A DNA stretch of 61,561 nucleotides, filler included, from Chiloscyllium plagiosum (lineage: Eukaryota), in the NCBI RefSeq assembly GCF_004010195.1. It is 4 parts of one record of this genome, joined end to end, with 100 filler letters (N's around TTAATTAATTAA, not from the genome) between each part and the next. Parts side by side here need not be neighbours in the genome. Positions count along the whole stretch, not along the records: positions 25,591 to 50,312 come from NC_057716.1; 3 more parts are not named here. One strand, 5' to 3'. Position numbers and translations under genes: made by a program. Each line of letters starts with the position of its first letter. Position 1 is the first letter of the stretch. Below the pieces are notes generated by a model that searched no databases, was not told the DNA's origin, and saw only the letters and a program-made list of their open reading frames with translations. Below, one piece after another: positions 37,107 through 50,412 of the stretch.

Positions 37107-40100
37107 ATACCATCATCGTGCTACTCGACGTGACAGATTTTGAGTTGATCGAGTAACTCCATACGCGGCTGTGTGATGTGATTAGGGTCATTACCAACAG
37201 AGGTAGAATTGTACTCTCGCACAATTTTCAGTAACACAGTCTGGCATCTGCTCCACATTACCCTGACCATCAACCCAGTTGATAAATTATTGTTCAATGA
37301 AGAAATAGTTGTCCATGTTCATAAATGCCTGAAAGTTGTCACTGAACGTAACAACTGGTCGTGTTGTTAAGAAGGNNNNNNNNNNNNNNNNNNNNNNNNN
37401 NNNNNNNNNNNNNNNNNNNNNNNNNNNNNNNNNNNNNNNNNNNNNNNNNNNNNNNNNNNNNNNNNNNNNNNNNNNNNNNNNNNNNNNNNNNNNNNNNNNN
37501 NNNNNNNNNNNNNNNNNNNNNNNNNNNNNNNNNNNNNNNNNNNNNNNNNNNNNNNNNNNNNNNNNNNNNNNNNNNNNNNNNNNNNNNNNNNNNNNNNNNN
37601 NNNNNNNNNNNNNNNNNNNNNNNNNNNNNNNNNNNNNNNNNNNNNNNNNNNNNNNNNNNNNNNNCTGTCGGATAGATGGGCTTCAGATTGTTTCCACAAG
37701 TCAGCGCAACATCGAGGGTGGAAGAGCCTGTAATGTTCTATGTTCTAATAAAGAGTCGCTACCAAAAGTAGCACTAGGCACACCTACAAGTGGGATGAAG
37801 TTACCAAAACAGCACCAACTTCTTCAACAAAAAGCATAAGCTGCAAGTGACCGGCCACAACCAACACATCCGACCCCATCGCTGCCATCCTATCACATGA
37901 AGTCTGGTTGAACGGTGTCTGGAAAAACAAACAATTCAGTGTAGGAAACGGCTGCACAAACATAGTTATTCTCGATGATGGAACACCCCAACACGACAAT
38001 AGAAATAATAAGGCTGAAACATTCACAACAATGTTCAGACAGAAGTGTAGATGGGATGATCTTTTTTGAGTATAATCCAGATAGCAGTCTTCAACTATTT
38101 CGAATCACTGTGTGATTTCGACAATTGAATGGAAGGATTGGATCATGAAAAGGCCGTGGGCTGTGATAACATTCCATTCAATCTGTTCCTGCTGGGCTAC
38201 AGCACTGGCCTTTATCTAAGAATGTGGGAAGGTATCAATGTGTGTCCTGTACACACACAGACAAAACATCAGACAATCAATGACTGCTCCATTGCTCTAA
38301 TCCCTAACATTAATAAAGTGATGAAAAGCGCCATCTACTGTGGGATCAAGCAGCACTTCCTCAGCACCAACATGCTCACTAAAGCTCAATTTGGGTTCTA
38401 TCAGGGTCACTCATCCCCTGACCTCATTGAAGCCTTCGTTTAAAGTTGGGCAACATTTTGTTTAAAGCTGAAATCTGGAGGTGAGGCAAGAGTGACGACA
38501 CTTAACATTATCATACCCGTATTTGACCAAGGATTAACAGCAAAACTGAAGCAAATTGGAATCAGGGAAATCTCTGCATTGGTTGAAGTTATACCTGGTG
38601 CAACGAAAGATGGTTGCGGTTGCTGGAGAGCAGCCATCTCAGATCCAGGTCAGCTCTGCAGCGGTTCCCCAGGGGTGGTGTTTCTGGGTAAGTCTGAAGA
38701 TGTGAAATGGAAAGGTAAAGCACTATGCTCCTGCGGAATTATCGGATTGCTCTCCAGTCAGACAGATACGCCTGGTTGTCGTTTAACTGTACAGTCATCC
38801 TGCCTCAAGCAAGGAAGAGGTTGAGTAGGACAGTCTTTTCCAGTCACCTCAGTCAGTGCAGGAATGCAAAACTGTTGGCATTAGTCTCCATTATAAAATA
38901 GCCGGCCCATTCATTGAGATAAGCACGTCGTCACTCATCTCCTGAGGGGAGATATGTTAATATTAATCTGTTCAGACAAGCAGTTACAAACCTCGGAAGC
39001 TCCTAGCTCAGACGGAGGGACAATATCAATGTGTCATAAGACTGTTCTCTCCCCTTGGCTCAACAATCTTCAGCTGCTTCATGAATTACCATCCTTCCAC
39101 CGTACAATCACAACTGCGGGTGTTCGCCAATGATATGACCATGTTCATCGCCACTCGTGGTGGCTCAGGTATGCAAAATATGCAGCCCTGTTTGTAAAAT
39201 TGACAAGTAACATTTGCATTACATCTTTTCAAGATAATGATCACTTGTAACAATACAGAATTGAACATATATCCTGCAACATTCAATGCCATCACCATCA
39301 TCGAACTCTCAACTACTCATATCACAGGGATTGCCGTTCACCAGAACTGGACTGGCAATATCAATTAATTACCCATTCTTGTGAAGGGCCTATGCTAAAA
39401 CGTCGACTCTCCTGTACCTCGGATACTCCCTGACCTGCTGAGTCACACATTTACAGCTATTAGCTGGAAGAATATGTCAAGTGGTAGGATTCCTGCAAAG
39501 ATAGCATTTCTCATGTTTCCCTAAAGCTTGTGCGACATCTGTAAGACGCAATTTGAATGTGTGTACGATGAAATAACCCCCTTTAATTGTGTGAGTGCAT
39601 TTTNNNNNNNNNNNNNNNNNNNNNNNNNNNNNNNNNNNNNNNNNNNNNNNNNNNNNNNNNNNNNNNNNNNNNNNNNNNNNNNNNNNNNNNNNNNNNNNNN
39701 NNNNNNNNNNNNNNNNNNNNNNNNNNNNNNNNNNNNNNNNNNNNNNNNNNNNNNNNNNNNNNNNNNNNNNNNNNNNNNNNNNNNNNNNNNNNNNNNNNNN
39801 NNNNNNNNNNNNNNNNNNNNNNNNNNNNNNNNNNNNNNNNNNNNNNNNNNNNNNNNNNNNNNNNNNNNNNNNNNNNNNNNNNNNNNNNNNNNNNNNNNNN
39901 NNNNNNNNNNNNNNNNNNNNNNNNNNNNNNNNNNNNNNNNNNNNNNNNNNNNNNNNNNNNNNNNNNNNNNNNNNNNNNNNNNNNNNNNNNNNNNNNNNNN
40001 NNNNNNNNNNNNNNNNNNNNNNNNNNNNNNNNNNNNNNNNNNNNNNNNNNNNNNNNNNNNNNNNNNNNNNNNNNNNNNNNNNNNNNNNNNNNNNNNNNNN

Positions 40101-41029
40101 NNNNNNNNNNNNNNNNNNNNNNNNNNNNNNNNNNNNNNNNNNNNNNNNNNNNNNNNNNNNNNNNNNNNNNNNNNNNNNNNNNNNNNNNNNNNNNNNNNNN
40201 NNNNNNNNNNNNNNNNNNNNNNNNNNNNNNNNNNNNNNNNNNNNNNNNNNNNNNNNNNNNNNNNNNNNNNNNNNNNNNNNNNNNNNNNCACACAGTCGAA
40301 CTTTGATAATCTGAGAAGAGATATCATTGAAGTGAACAGAAACAATAAGTAGAAGATAAATCAGAATCAGTGGATTGGCAGGCATTCAGAGGAGAGATTA
40401 AAGTGGTTCCAAGAAAATGCATACTCACAAAGTAAAAATCATCAGGCTGCTAAATCCAGAGCTCCTTTGAAATCTAAAAACGCACAGACAGAACAGAAAA
40501 GCTTACACCAGACAGTGGGAAAACAACTTACACAACACGAAAGGAGTATGCAATGTAAAGGCATGAAATCTGAATCGAAATTACAAAGCAAGCAGTCAGC
40601 GTGAAATGATTCTTGCAAGAAATGACAAGCGACCTTTATAAGATTTATTTCCGAAACAGCGAATGAAAAGTAAAATAAAGAGTATAAATGGCAAGAAATA
40701 GAAACCACATGCAGCTGAAGAAGGTTTGTATATGGTTCTGAGTTTCAGCTAAAGCTAAAACGGACCTGAGCAATAAGCGCTATTCTGATGAATCTGGAAG
40801 AATTTTCTGAGATGCCCATCAGACTAATTTAGATGTTACGGCATTTAGGAATATGAGATCTAGGCATAGAGATAGGGTGGTAAGAATGGCAAGATTTGGG
40901 AATCTTTGCTGACAAGAGACATTGCGAGCACAGGCAAAAAGAAAAATGAGGCATATGTAGGAATGTGAATTCAAGACAGTCAGAGACCTGTAAAAACATA
41001 ACACACAGGAAAAATGTAAAGAAAAAGTT

Positions 41030-42370
41030 GGGAGGGATAAAAAGGAAATGACTTTGCTGAACAGGATGAAGGGAAGTCCCAAACCAGTTTATCGGGATTA
41101 AGATATTAGCCTGTGGAAAGAATAGGCCCACTCAAGGACAATGGGGAGAATTTATTGCGGAGCTGGCGAAAGTGGTGTGAAGCCCTTCAGGAATACTTTG
41201 TGTTGGTATTCACAAAGGAGAAGGACGTCGTGGCTGGTGAGTCTAGAGAAGGATCTGTTAATAATCCACGTCATTTCTTTATTAAAAAATGGAGGATGTG
41301 CTGGGTGTTCTGAAAAGCGTTTATATCGACAAGTCTCAAGGATATAATGGGATCAGTCCCAGAATACTGAGAGAAGCGAGGGTGTAAATTGATGGGGAGT
41401 TACAAGTGGAGTTCCGAAGGGAACAGTTCTGGGTCCTCTGCTGTTTTTAATGTTTATTAATGACTTGGAAGAGGGAGTTGAAGAGTGGGTCAGTAAACTT
41501 GCAGATGATAGGAAGATTGGTGGAGTTGTGGATAGTGAGGAGGGCTATTGTCGGTTGCAAAGGGACTTAGATTGATGCAGAGCTGGGCTGAGGAGTGGCA
41601 GATGAAGTTCAATCCTGTCAAGTGTGACGTTGTCCATTTTCGAAGGACAAATAAGAATGCAGAATACAGGGTTAACGGTGGGGTTCTTAGTAAGGAGGAG
41701 GAGCAGAGGGATGTTGGGGTCTATGTCCATAGCTCTTTGAAAGCTATCACTCAGTTGGATAGAGCTTGTAAGAAGGTCTATGGGGTGTTAGCGTTCATTA
41801 ACAGAGGGATTGAATTAAAGAGTCGTGAAGTGATGCTGCAGCTGTACAGGACCTTGTTAAAGACACATTTGGAGTACGGTGTGCAGTTCTGGTCGCCTCA
41901 TTTTAGCAAAGATGTGGAAGCTTTGGAGTGGGTGCAGAGGAGATTTACCAGGATGTTACCTGGAATGGAGAATAAGTTGTAAGAGGATAGGTTGAGAGTG
42001 CTAGGCCTTTTCTCAATGGAACGGCGAAGGATTGGGTGACTTGATAGAGGTTTATAAGATGATCAGGGGAATAGATAGAGTAGATAGTCAGAGACATTTT
42101 CCCCCGGGTACAACAGAGTTTTACAAGGGGACATAAATTTAAGGTGAAGGGTTGAAGGTATGGGGGGATGTCAGGGGTAGGTTCTTTACCCAGATAGTGG
42201 TGGGGACATGTAAGGCGCTGCCTGTGGGAGTGGCAAAGTAAGAATCATTGGTGGCCTTTAAGTGACAATTGGATAGGTACATGGATAGGTGCTTAATCTA
42301 GGACAAATGTTCGGCACAACATCGTGGGCCGAAGGGGCCTGTTCTGTGTTGTATTGCTCTATATTGTATG
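41030..42370 (+). mobile_element. CR1-clade LINE, internally deleted, with 3' tail
   Basis: WAEEWQMKFNPVKCDVVHF...HLEYGVQFWSPH...VQRRFTRMLPG; tail gggccgaaggggcctgttctgtg. Confidence 0.9.
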
Positions 42371-45343
42371 TTCATTGGTCTTTTCTTGCAATTAAGGCTG
42401 CACTTTCTCTTTAAAAAGATATAAATAATGTGTAATTTTCGAATGTTATTTCGCCATTTCTTCACGGAACACAGAAGATTTTAACCTCTGTCTTTCTGGA
42501 AAAATCAGCGCCAGGCTGTCTTAAGTTATTAAACNNNNNNNNNNNNNNNNNNNNNNNNNNNNNNNNNNNNNNNNNNNNNNNNNNNNNNNNNNNNNNNNNN
42601 NNNNNNNNNNNNNNNNNNNNNNNNNNNNNNNNNNNNNNNNNNNNNNNNNNNNNNNNNNNNNNNNNNNNNNNNNNNNNNNNNNNNNNNNNNNNNNNNNNNN
42701 NNNNNNNNNNNNNNNNNNNNNNNNNNNNNNNNNNNNNNNNNNNNNNNNNNNNNNNNNNNNNNNNNNNNNNNNNNNNNNNNNNNNNNNNNNNNNNNNNNNN
42801 NNNNNNNNNNNNNNNNNNNNNNNNNNNNNNNNNNNNNNNNNNNNNNNNNNNNNNNNNNNNNNNNNNNNNNNNNNNNNNNNNNNNNNNNNNNNNNNNNNNN
42901 NNNNNNNNNNNNNNNNNNNNNNNNNNNNNNNNNNNNNNNNNNNNNNNNNNNNNNNNNNNNNNNNNNNNNNNNNNNNNNNNNNNNNNNNNNNNNNNNNNNN
43001 NNNNNNNNNNNNNNNNNNNNNNNNNNNNNNNNNNGCAAAACTATTAACAAACTTAATTTTCCTTCACGTAACTGAACACGATCCTATTGGCATGCTATTC
43101 CAATAACACAATTATTAAACATTACATTGAATTAATCTCAAATCCATCCAGTCTCTGTCTCCTCCTTTGCCTTCAATCGCCTGTCTGCTGATCTCCCTTG
43201 GTCGTCTTTATTTTTACTCCGAGTACGTTTGACTAGAAAAGGTATCTTTTTGATAGAGTGCCTTCTGATTTCTTTGACAGTAAGAGTTTAGATGGCTATT
43301 CGTTCTCTGGCGACACAGCTGTTGCTCTGCTGTTCAGTGGCAGTTGCACTGACCAATTTTCAAAATGGCCTCTTTTTTATACTCCCACAATCTTTCCCAC
43401 AACTGGTTCTATGTTGACAAATCAAGAATTTCAAACTCGATTTGGTTTCAGTATGCTGGGCGGACCTTAAACTTTGATTTGATGTCAAAACAGCAATCAA
43501 AACTTACGTATCCATTTAACAGCCAACTGTTCCATATGTATATTTTGGAACATGTCATCTCGCAGCCTTTCCATTCAGACAGCTGAGCCTGCACTTTGAG
43601 TTCACTTCAATATTCAGAAAACTATCGCCATTTTAAAATGGGCATGCATGATTTGGCTTATTAAATTTAGATATTTTAATGACGCAATTTATTTATTAAC
43701 GTTAATATTCCATGTGCGTATCGAATTAATGATTTTTCTCTCCAAATTATTTGCAATTACCTAAAGCTCGTATATTTCAGTGAGAAATTAAATAGTTTAA
43801 TTAAATTTAAAGTCATAAGAAAGGTAAATCTATTTGATTACTCAATTAATTACTTTGATTGCTCACTGTGAATACCAATGTTTCAGAGAACAACAACCTG
43901 TGAAATGTTAGAGTGACAATGTATTCATTTGAATACTGACAATGAATATGTAATTGTGATCACCACAACAATGAGACAACATATTATCTGTTCTGTATAA
44001 AATAACATGTTTTTTGTATCATGAAGTGTTTCCATTAATTTGCATTTTATTTCCATAAAGAAAGCTACAACGTATTTGTTCTCAGAGATAATCCAAGTAT
44101 TGTTCAGCGAAATACTCAGAGTTCACATGTTATTGTTGCCAATTCACAAAACACAGTAACTATCTTATTGTTGTTCAGACTGAGAAACTCATCATTTGCA
44201 ATCACGTCCTATATTAAAAATGGCTTCCCAAGGACCTGAATCAAGGCACAGTGTCACTGTAACTTACAGCTGCCTGTGATTTTGACCCTGCTCCTAAGTC
44301 TTTGCAGAAAGCTTCCAACCTGGATGAGGGCAGTTGTTCCAACACTCCTTCAGAGCAAATTATAAGGACTTCATCATGAATAGGAGGGAAACTAGCCAAT
44401 AGTGATAAGTGGTCTTCGTGTAGGTCCCAAATGCAGTCTAAATTAGATACCAATGACCGATCAGCAACTCGGTCATACAAATTCATCTTGAGTCCCAGTC
44501 TTGCGCAGGGTGCAAATGTATGGAATGCTATGAAGGTGTGGAATGTAGGATGCCTGAAAAGCTAGCAGAACTGCTTGAGAGCACCAAGTGATCTGAATAA
44601 GATACAATGTAACATGTGGTCCAGCAGCGAGGATAGCTGTTTGTCTGGAGGTGAAAAAATATTTGAATTCGGCCAATCATTTTATATTATACCCAGAAAA
44701 ATACCAAATTCCTTTCAAGTTTGAATTTGGGTCATTGACAATATGAAAATCCAATGAAACCATCCGATGCTTAGTGGTCTAACCCCGAGAAAACGTGAAG
44801 ATGGAAGCGAGCTGCCAAAAGACAAACAGAGGTGGGCTGTTCGTCAGAACTCTCTGAGAGATACCTGTCTAGAGAAGGAGTTTGCGCAGAGTGAAGAAAA
44901 TATCGACACCGACTGGAAAGCAAATCGACAGAGGAAGATACATAGGGAAGATCTGACAGCTGGCTGGTTTTTGAAATCTGAAAATCTTACTCGGGCGTTT
45001 TATAGAAAGGAACGGAATTGATAGGTTAAAGGAAAGAGTTGTAATCAATTGTTGGTTAATTATTTTCTGTTATACCTAATGAAACAAAATTGTTAATTTT
45101 TACTTTACGTCGTTCCTGGCCTCCCGAACTTTCAGAGATTACTGAACAAGATTAATCCTTTCTCTGTAATGGTTTAAGTTAAGCACGGGAGTGTACCCCG
45201 TGTCGTAGCAGGGGTTGCCAATATCACACACCACAAGCCTTTTATAGTGATGACATCTGCCATACCTCCCAGATTCCCAATACCAAAACCCTTGATCTGA
45301 CACAGGGCGAAGAAATTAACAAGTTGATAGTTTCCTGTAGTCC

Positions 45344-45640
45344 TGTGGGCGGCACGGTGGCACAGTGGTGTGGGCGGCACGGTGGCACAGTGGTTGTCGG
45401 CGGCACAGTGGCACAGTGGTTAGCACTGTTACCTCACAGCGCCAGAGACCCGAGTTCAATACCCGCCTCAGGCAACTGAATGTGTGGAGTTTGCACGTTC
45501 TCCCCCTGTCTGCGTGGGTTTCCTCAGTGTTAGGTAAGGGGTAAATTTAGGGGTATGGGTGGGTTGCGCTTCAGCGGGTCGGTGTGGACTTGTTGGGCCG
45601 AAGGGCCTGTTTCCACACTGTAATGTAATGTAATCTAATC
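45344..45640 (+). mobile_element. HE1-type SINE with triplicated head (duplicated copy, internal deletion)
   Basis: Paralog of 32255-32625. Confidence 0.9.
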
Positions 45641-45902
45641 TATAACACCTTGTGTCGAACAGTGAACACGCTAAACCATATTCAGTGTATGTCACCTTCA
45701 CATTCATCAGTGTGAAAATAAAACTGCACATCTGCATGGATGGCCATAGATTAATACATGGGAAACTGAACCTTCTTGTAAGTAGGTTTAGAGATCAGAC
45801 CTGCAGAGTCCATCTGAAATAAAAAGCAGCAAATATCAACACGAGCATCACGTTAATCAGAGAACTTGGCGGATTCTGTCTGGTGTTGGTCACACATACA
45901 CA

Positions 45903-46592
45903 TATTTTACTTGACACGCAGTTGAATGTAACAATGTGCAAAATAACTGGATATCTTGGCCTAACGCCTCTCCCCAGCTTCTTGAACTCACATATCTCAC
46001 TCCCTCACACACTCACCACAAACTGAGTGAAAGAGTCTGTCATTTACCTCAACTTGTCCCACTCCATAATGTCCTGTTCAACCCAGTGACTGGTTGCTTT
46101 CCATTTCATGGGTATATACGGTGCTATCATGCTGACCTGTTAGGGTTTCCACTACCCTGTGCATTTTGGAATGGATAACAAAAGAAGCCACCAAACATTT
46201 CCTTGTGAGAAATTTCATCTGGCGAGAGACAGGTTTGAACGGCCATGTATTGTACTTGACACGCAGTTGAATGTAACAATGTGCAAAATAACTGGATCTC
46301 TTGGCCTAACGCCGCTCCCCAGCTTCTTGAACTCACACATCTCATTCCCTCACACACTCACCACAAACTGAGTGAAAACGTCTGTCATTCACCTCAACTT
46401 GTCCCACTCCATAATGTCCTGTTCAACCCACTGACTGGTTGCTTTCCATTTCTTGGGTATATACGGTGCTGTCTTCCTGACCGGTTAGGGTTTCCACTAC
46501 TCTGTCGATTTTGGAATGGATAACATAAGAAGCCACCAAACATTTCTTTGTGAGCAATTCCATCTGGCGAGAGACAGGTTTGAAAGACCATG
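45903..46592. repeat. 345-bp tandem duplication
   Basis: Units at 45903-46247 and 46248-46592. Confidence 0.9.
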
Positions 46593-47188
46593 TGGAGGGT
46601 GATCATTGCTCATAAAGGGTCAGCACAAGCCAGTACCCTGCACAGACCAGCAGAATCGCTGGGAGCACACGCACTTGTGCAGAACACAAACAATATTGCC
46701 CCATTACTGAGTATTGTCCCCTCTGCACACTGTATGGAGAGATAGTCACTAGAAACCCATGATATGTGGCGGTGATTGCTCACATCGGGAAAGTTGCATT
46801 TGATGCAGCAAATGTATAAAAAAGAAATGATGATTCTACAAATGTCATTTTTTACAGTTTCATAGTTATAGTTTTGGTTCATAGGTTGTGAAGCCTGATA
46901 ACACATAATGAATGACTGTAGAACTCAGAGTAATAGACTGTTCTGGATATTGCATTCTCATCTGGAGGTCTTTACCTTAATGCTGTCAGTATCATAGATC
47001 AGACAGATCTGTTAAGGGAATGGATTGACATTTGTAATTGAGACATTTTTGCAATCATTGATGTGGCTGAAGGTGGTTAGGATTGGCATGTCAATATTCT
47101 GTGGTATCGGAACTACAAGCAGGAGATGATGTTATTTTATTAACTGAGCGGTCAATTACTGCAGTAAAGAAGAATGATATATTAGAAG

Positions 47189-49920
47189 AGTTATCACGCG
47201 TGGTAATCCCCCTTCGAATTTAAACGAGCCAGACAGAAAAAGCTCACTCTGCGTCGTAAACTGTTAAATTTTGTGTCAAAGAACTATCCCAGATCTCACT
47301 ATTTAAATTAAAAATTCACGTCTTTATTCTTTTAGTCCATAACACAGCAACTATTCACAACTCCTTTCTCTCAAACGTATCTTTGAACTCCCCTTCTACA
47401 ATGCGCGTATGATCAAAGCCCTGATTAAGTTTTGCAAAGAAAATTTCGTTTCAAAACCAGGCAGATTTCAGTTCTTCTCTGTCGTTTCCTGTCTTCGTTT
47501 CTTCTTAGGTGTTCTGCTTCACAAGTCTTTGATAGATAAAGGGATTTTACAGAGAGCAGGTCTTTCTGTAATCAGTCCCACCTTGTTGGTGCTGGTCGAT
47601 TTATCCGCTGAGAAGAGCCGTTCGAAATATATGACATTTACACTAGAAACATCGGATCCTATGATTGGGGTAGTGCTGTCAAACAATATATTTCTAAATT
47701 CGTTTTGAGTTTGTTTAACTTGGCGCAGCATTTAAACTGATTGGCTAAATTCGAATTTGTTGTATACAACAGCAACAAAGCTGCAGCTGGTTATTTCAAA
47801 AAACTGTTACATTTTAAATCATTCGGAACCTTTCGTGACAGCCATTAATTTCAACTCTCTTTAAGGTAGAGTACACGTTGAAAATTTTGTAACACCTCCT
47901 TCCTTCAGAAAAAATGAACTACCATAACGAAAATGTGGTTTCATTTTTTTCTCTATTCCATAAACGCATCACAATAACATATAGATAAGTTTAATCTAAG
48001 TTACTCTTCACTTCTTCCCACATATATAGAACATTGGATAACGATGAATTACATCGAAACTTTATCAGTTAACTCCACGATAATGCCCCTGCGTTTATTG
48101 CAACCACAACATGCGCGATATTTAAGTTCAAAATCTGTAACATTCACCTGGAATGAAACGGTCTCATATTCTTGCGTTTAAGACCATTCTAAGAATGTAA
48201 ACGGATTGTGATCTTTGTACACAATCGGCTCCGACCATGATTCGTGACATACACATTAAAATGTTGTAAACCTCGTACGAAACTCAATAGTTCATTTCCG
48301 GTCATACAGCGTTTCTTCTGGTGGACTTTGAGTTTATTCAAAAAGCAACCAACTGGTAGTTTAACTCCATCAACATCGTCCTTTCAAATTGTTTACGTTT
48401 ATTACAAGTTTTGCATCTCGGAGTTGTTCAAAGAGCTCTACTAACCATACCATGTGATCTTTCCAAGACTTACTAATGATCAATACATCGTCCAAATAGA
48501 CTGCATAGTTTGTTAACTAAGGCACAAATCTGCTCATGAGTCTTTGGAATGTGGCAGGTGCATTTTTTTCATTTCATTGACGTAGCCCAATTTTGGTTGC
48601 AAACATAAAAATCTCTTTTGCCATGTCTGATTAAGCTATCTGCCAGTAAACATGGACTAATTCCAACTTGGTGTTGCAACTAGCTCATCCAACTTTCTCG
48701 ATACTGTCCTCCAATGTCGGTAGTTGATATAAGCCTGATTTTGTAACTGTGCTCCTGTTTCGATAATTCACACAAAACTGTTGAGTCATGTCAGATTTGG
48801 GAACTCAGATGATCGGCGAACTCCACTCGCTCTGGCTTGATTTGATGACGTCCTTGTTGAGCATGGCTTTCACCTCCTTCTGGATATGTTTGGATTTGAA
48901 TGGATTAAGACGATGGGAGGTTGGTTTATCAGAATTGCATTCCCTCGGTCCACTTCATGCACAGTAGCATTATTCCTCCCTATCTGATTCCTGCACATGT
49001 CCTCATAATGCAGGAATAAATCATCCAACTGCGTTGTTTGCTCCTGAGTCAGATAGTTCATTAACCTATCCCAATCCTCAAAGACATCTTCATTTTTAAT
49101 ATATTCTGACCCACATTAAAAGCCACAAGAACTGAATCTGATTCCTTTCTTTGCCAGGCAGTAACTAATATCTGTTTCTCCAGCTCTTTCTGTCGACTTT
49201 TATCTGGTTTCAACATGTTCCCACGACCTACTGAAACAGTTTTTTTTTCTAACTTGCATCTTTACAGGCTAGTTCGCTTGACACAACGTTTCCTCAATTT
49301 GAATTGAACCATTACATCTGGCTTTGAAGGGGTCTGCTATCAGTGTAACAATACTAACACGTCATCTGCACTAGAAAACATCCGACTCGCAGAGTTTTTT
49401 TTTACCTGCCACCCGCTTCTTTGTCAAATATGCCCTTTTAAGGCGCTGTTTAGCGAAGTCACTTACTAGATTTAATCTTTCCCTCACCTCCAATACATAA
49501 TCTATGGGTGAGATCTCCGACTTTGGTCCTGTCAGTTTCTCATTAATTACTTACAAAGCGCCTCTCAATTCATGCCCGAATATCAATTCAAATGGAAATA
49601 AAATACGAGTGGGATGCCTTTATCTCAATAAATTAGGTAATTGTGGCAGTTAGATCTCAACGTGGTCTTCAAGGTCTGATGCCAATTTTCTATAGGTCCC
49701 TGGGATTCAGGATGATACACGCTGGATTTAAAATGCTGTATACCTAAGCTATCCATAACCTTCTTAAACAGCCTAGCAGTAAAATGTGACCCTTGATCCG
49801 ACAGAATGTTTCTGGATAGCCCATACTGAATGATGAAAGCTGTCAACTCCTCTACCACCATTTGGGCCTTGAAACTCCATAATGGAATTGTCTCTGGAAC
49901 TCTCCTATGACGCATTCATG
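47189..49920 (-). mobile_element. Gmr1-like Gypsy: IN, RT, RNase H and 3' LTR (47189-47894)
   Basis: Integrase ILSDQGSHF...YHPESQGPIENWHQTLK (49625-49915) lies upstream of RT (~48600-49060). Confidence 0.85.
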
Positions 49921-50312
49921 ACGATTACAGAGACAGGGAGGTGCTGTAGTCGCTGGAGGGTTTCACAGAGACAGGGAGGAGTGTAACAGCTGGCAGGGAT
50001 AACAGGCACAGCGAGGGGTGTAATAGCAGGAGGATGTCACAGTCATAGAGAGGGGTTGCAGCGGCTGAAGCGGGTCACCGAGATAGGAATGGGTGTGACA
50101 GTTGGAGCTAGCCACAGACATAAGGAGGGCGTGTAAATGCTGGAGAGTATCACACATATAGGGAAGGGTGCAGAGGTTGGAGGGGATAACAGAGGGAGGG
50201 AATGGTATAATGCTGGCGGGGGCAGCAGAGATAGGGGAGTGTACAGGCAAAAGGGGCTCACAGAGAATGTGAAGTTTGTTGGATCTGGAGGAGGTTACAC
50301 AGAAAAGGAGGG
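49921..50312 (+). repeat. Purine-rich degenerate minisatellite (same family as 35505-36300)
   Basis: ttacagagacagggagg units. Confidence 0.75.
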
Positions 50313-50412
50313 NNNNNNNNNNNNNNNNNNNNNNNNNNNNNNNNNNNNNNNNNNNNTTAATTAATTAANNNNNNNNNNNNNNNNNNNNNNNNNNNNNNNN
50401 NNNNNNNNNNNN
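50313..50412. other. Assembly join: N44-TTAATTAATTAA-N44
   Basis: Same structure as the other two joins. Confidence 0.95.

Larger units (their letters stand above)
36560..39360 (+). mobile_element. Old CR1/L2-type LINE (endonuclease to RT), fragmented, with nested SINEs and a gap
   Basis: KAVGCDNIP...VCPVH...INKVMK...AQFGFYQGHSSPDLI (38129-38443) and a VFANDMT YADD-like motif near 39125. Confidence 0.7.
44268..47008 (-). pseudogene. Second copy of the three-exon relic (47008-46976, 46729-46393, 44644-44268)
   Basis: Same splice sites conserved (last donor is gtaagt here); contains KTGTQD and LYDRV in different frames. Confidence 0.35.
43035..48869. repeat. Direct segmental duplication, copy 2
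   Basis: Collinear with 29946-35504, with a 345-bp internal duplication and a deletion in its SINE. Confidence 0.95.

Noticed and set aside
39477..40385. Long ORFs spanning N runs (also ~11862-12575, 37336-37839, 42529-43050)
   Set aside because: Artefacts of translating gaps.
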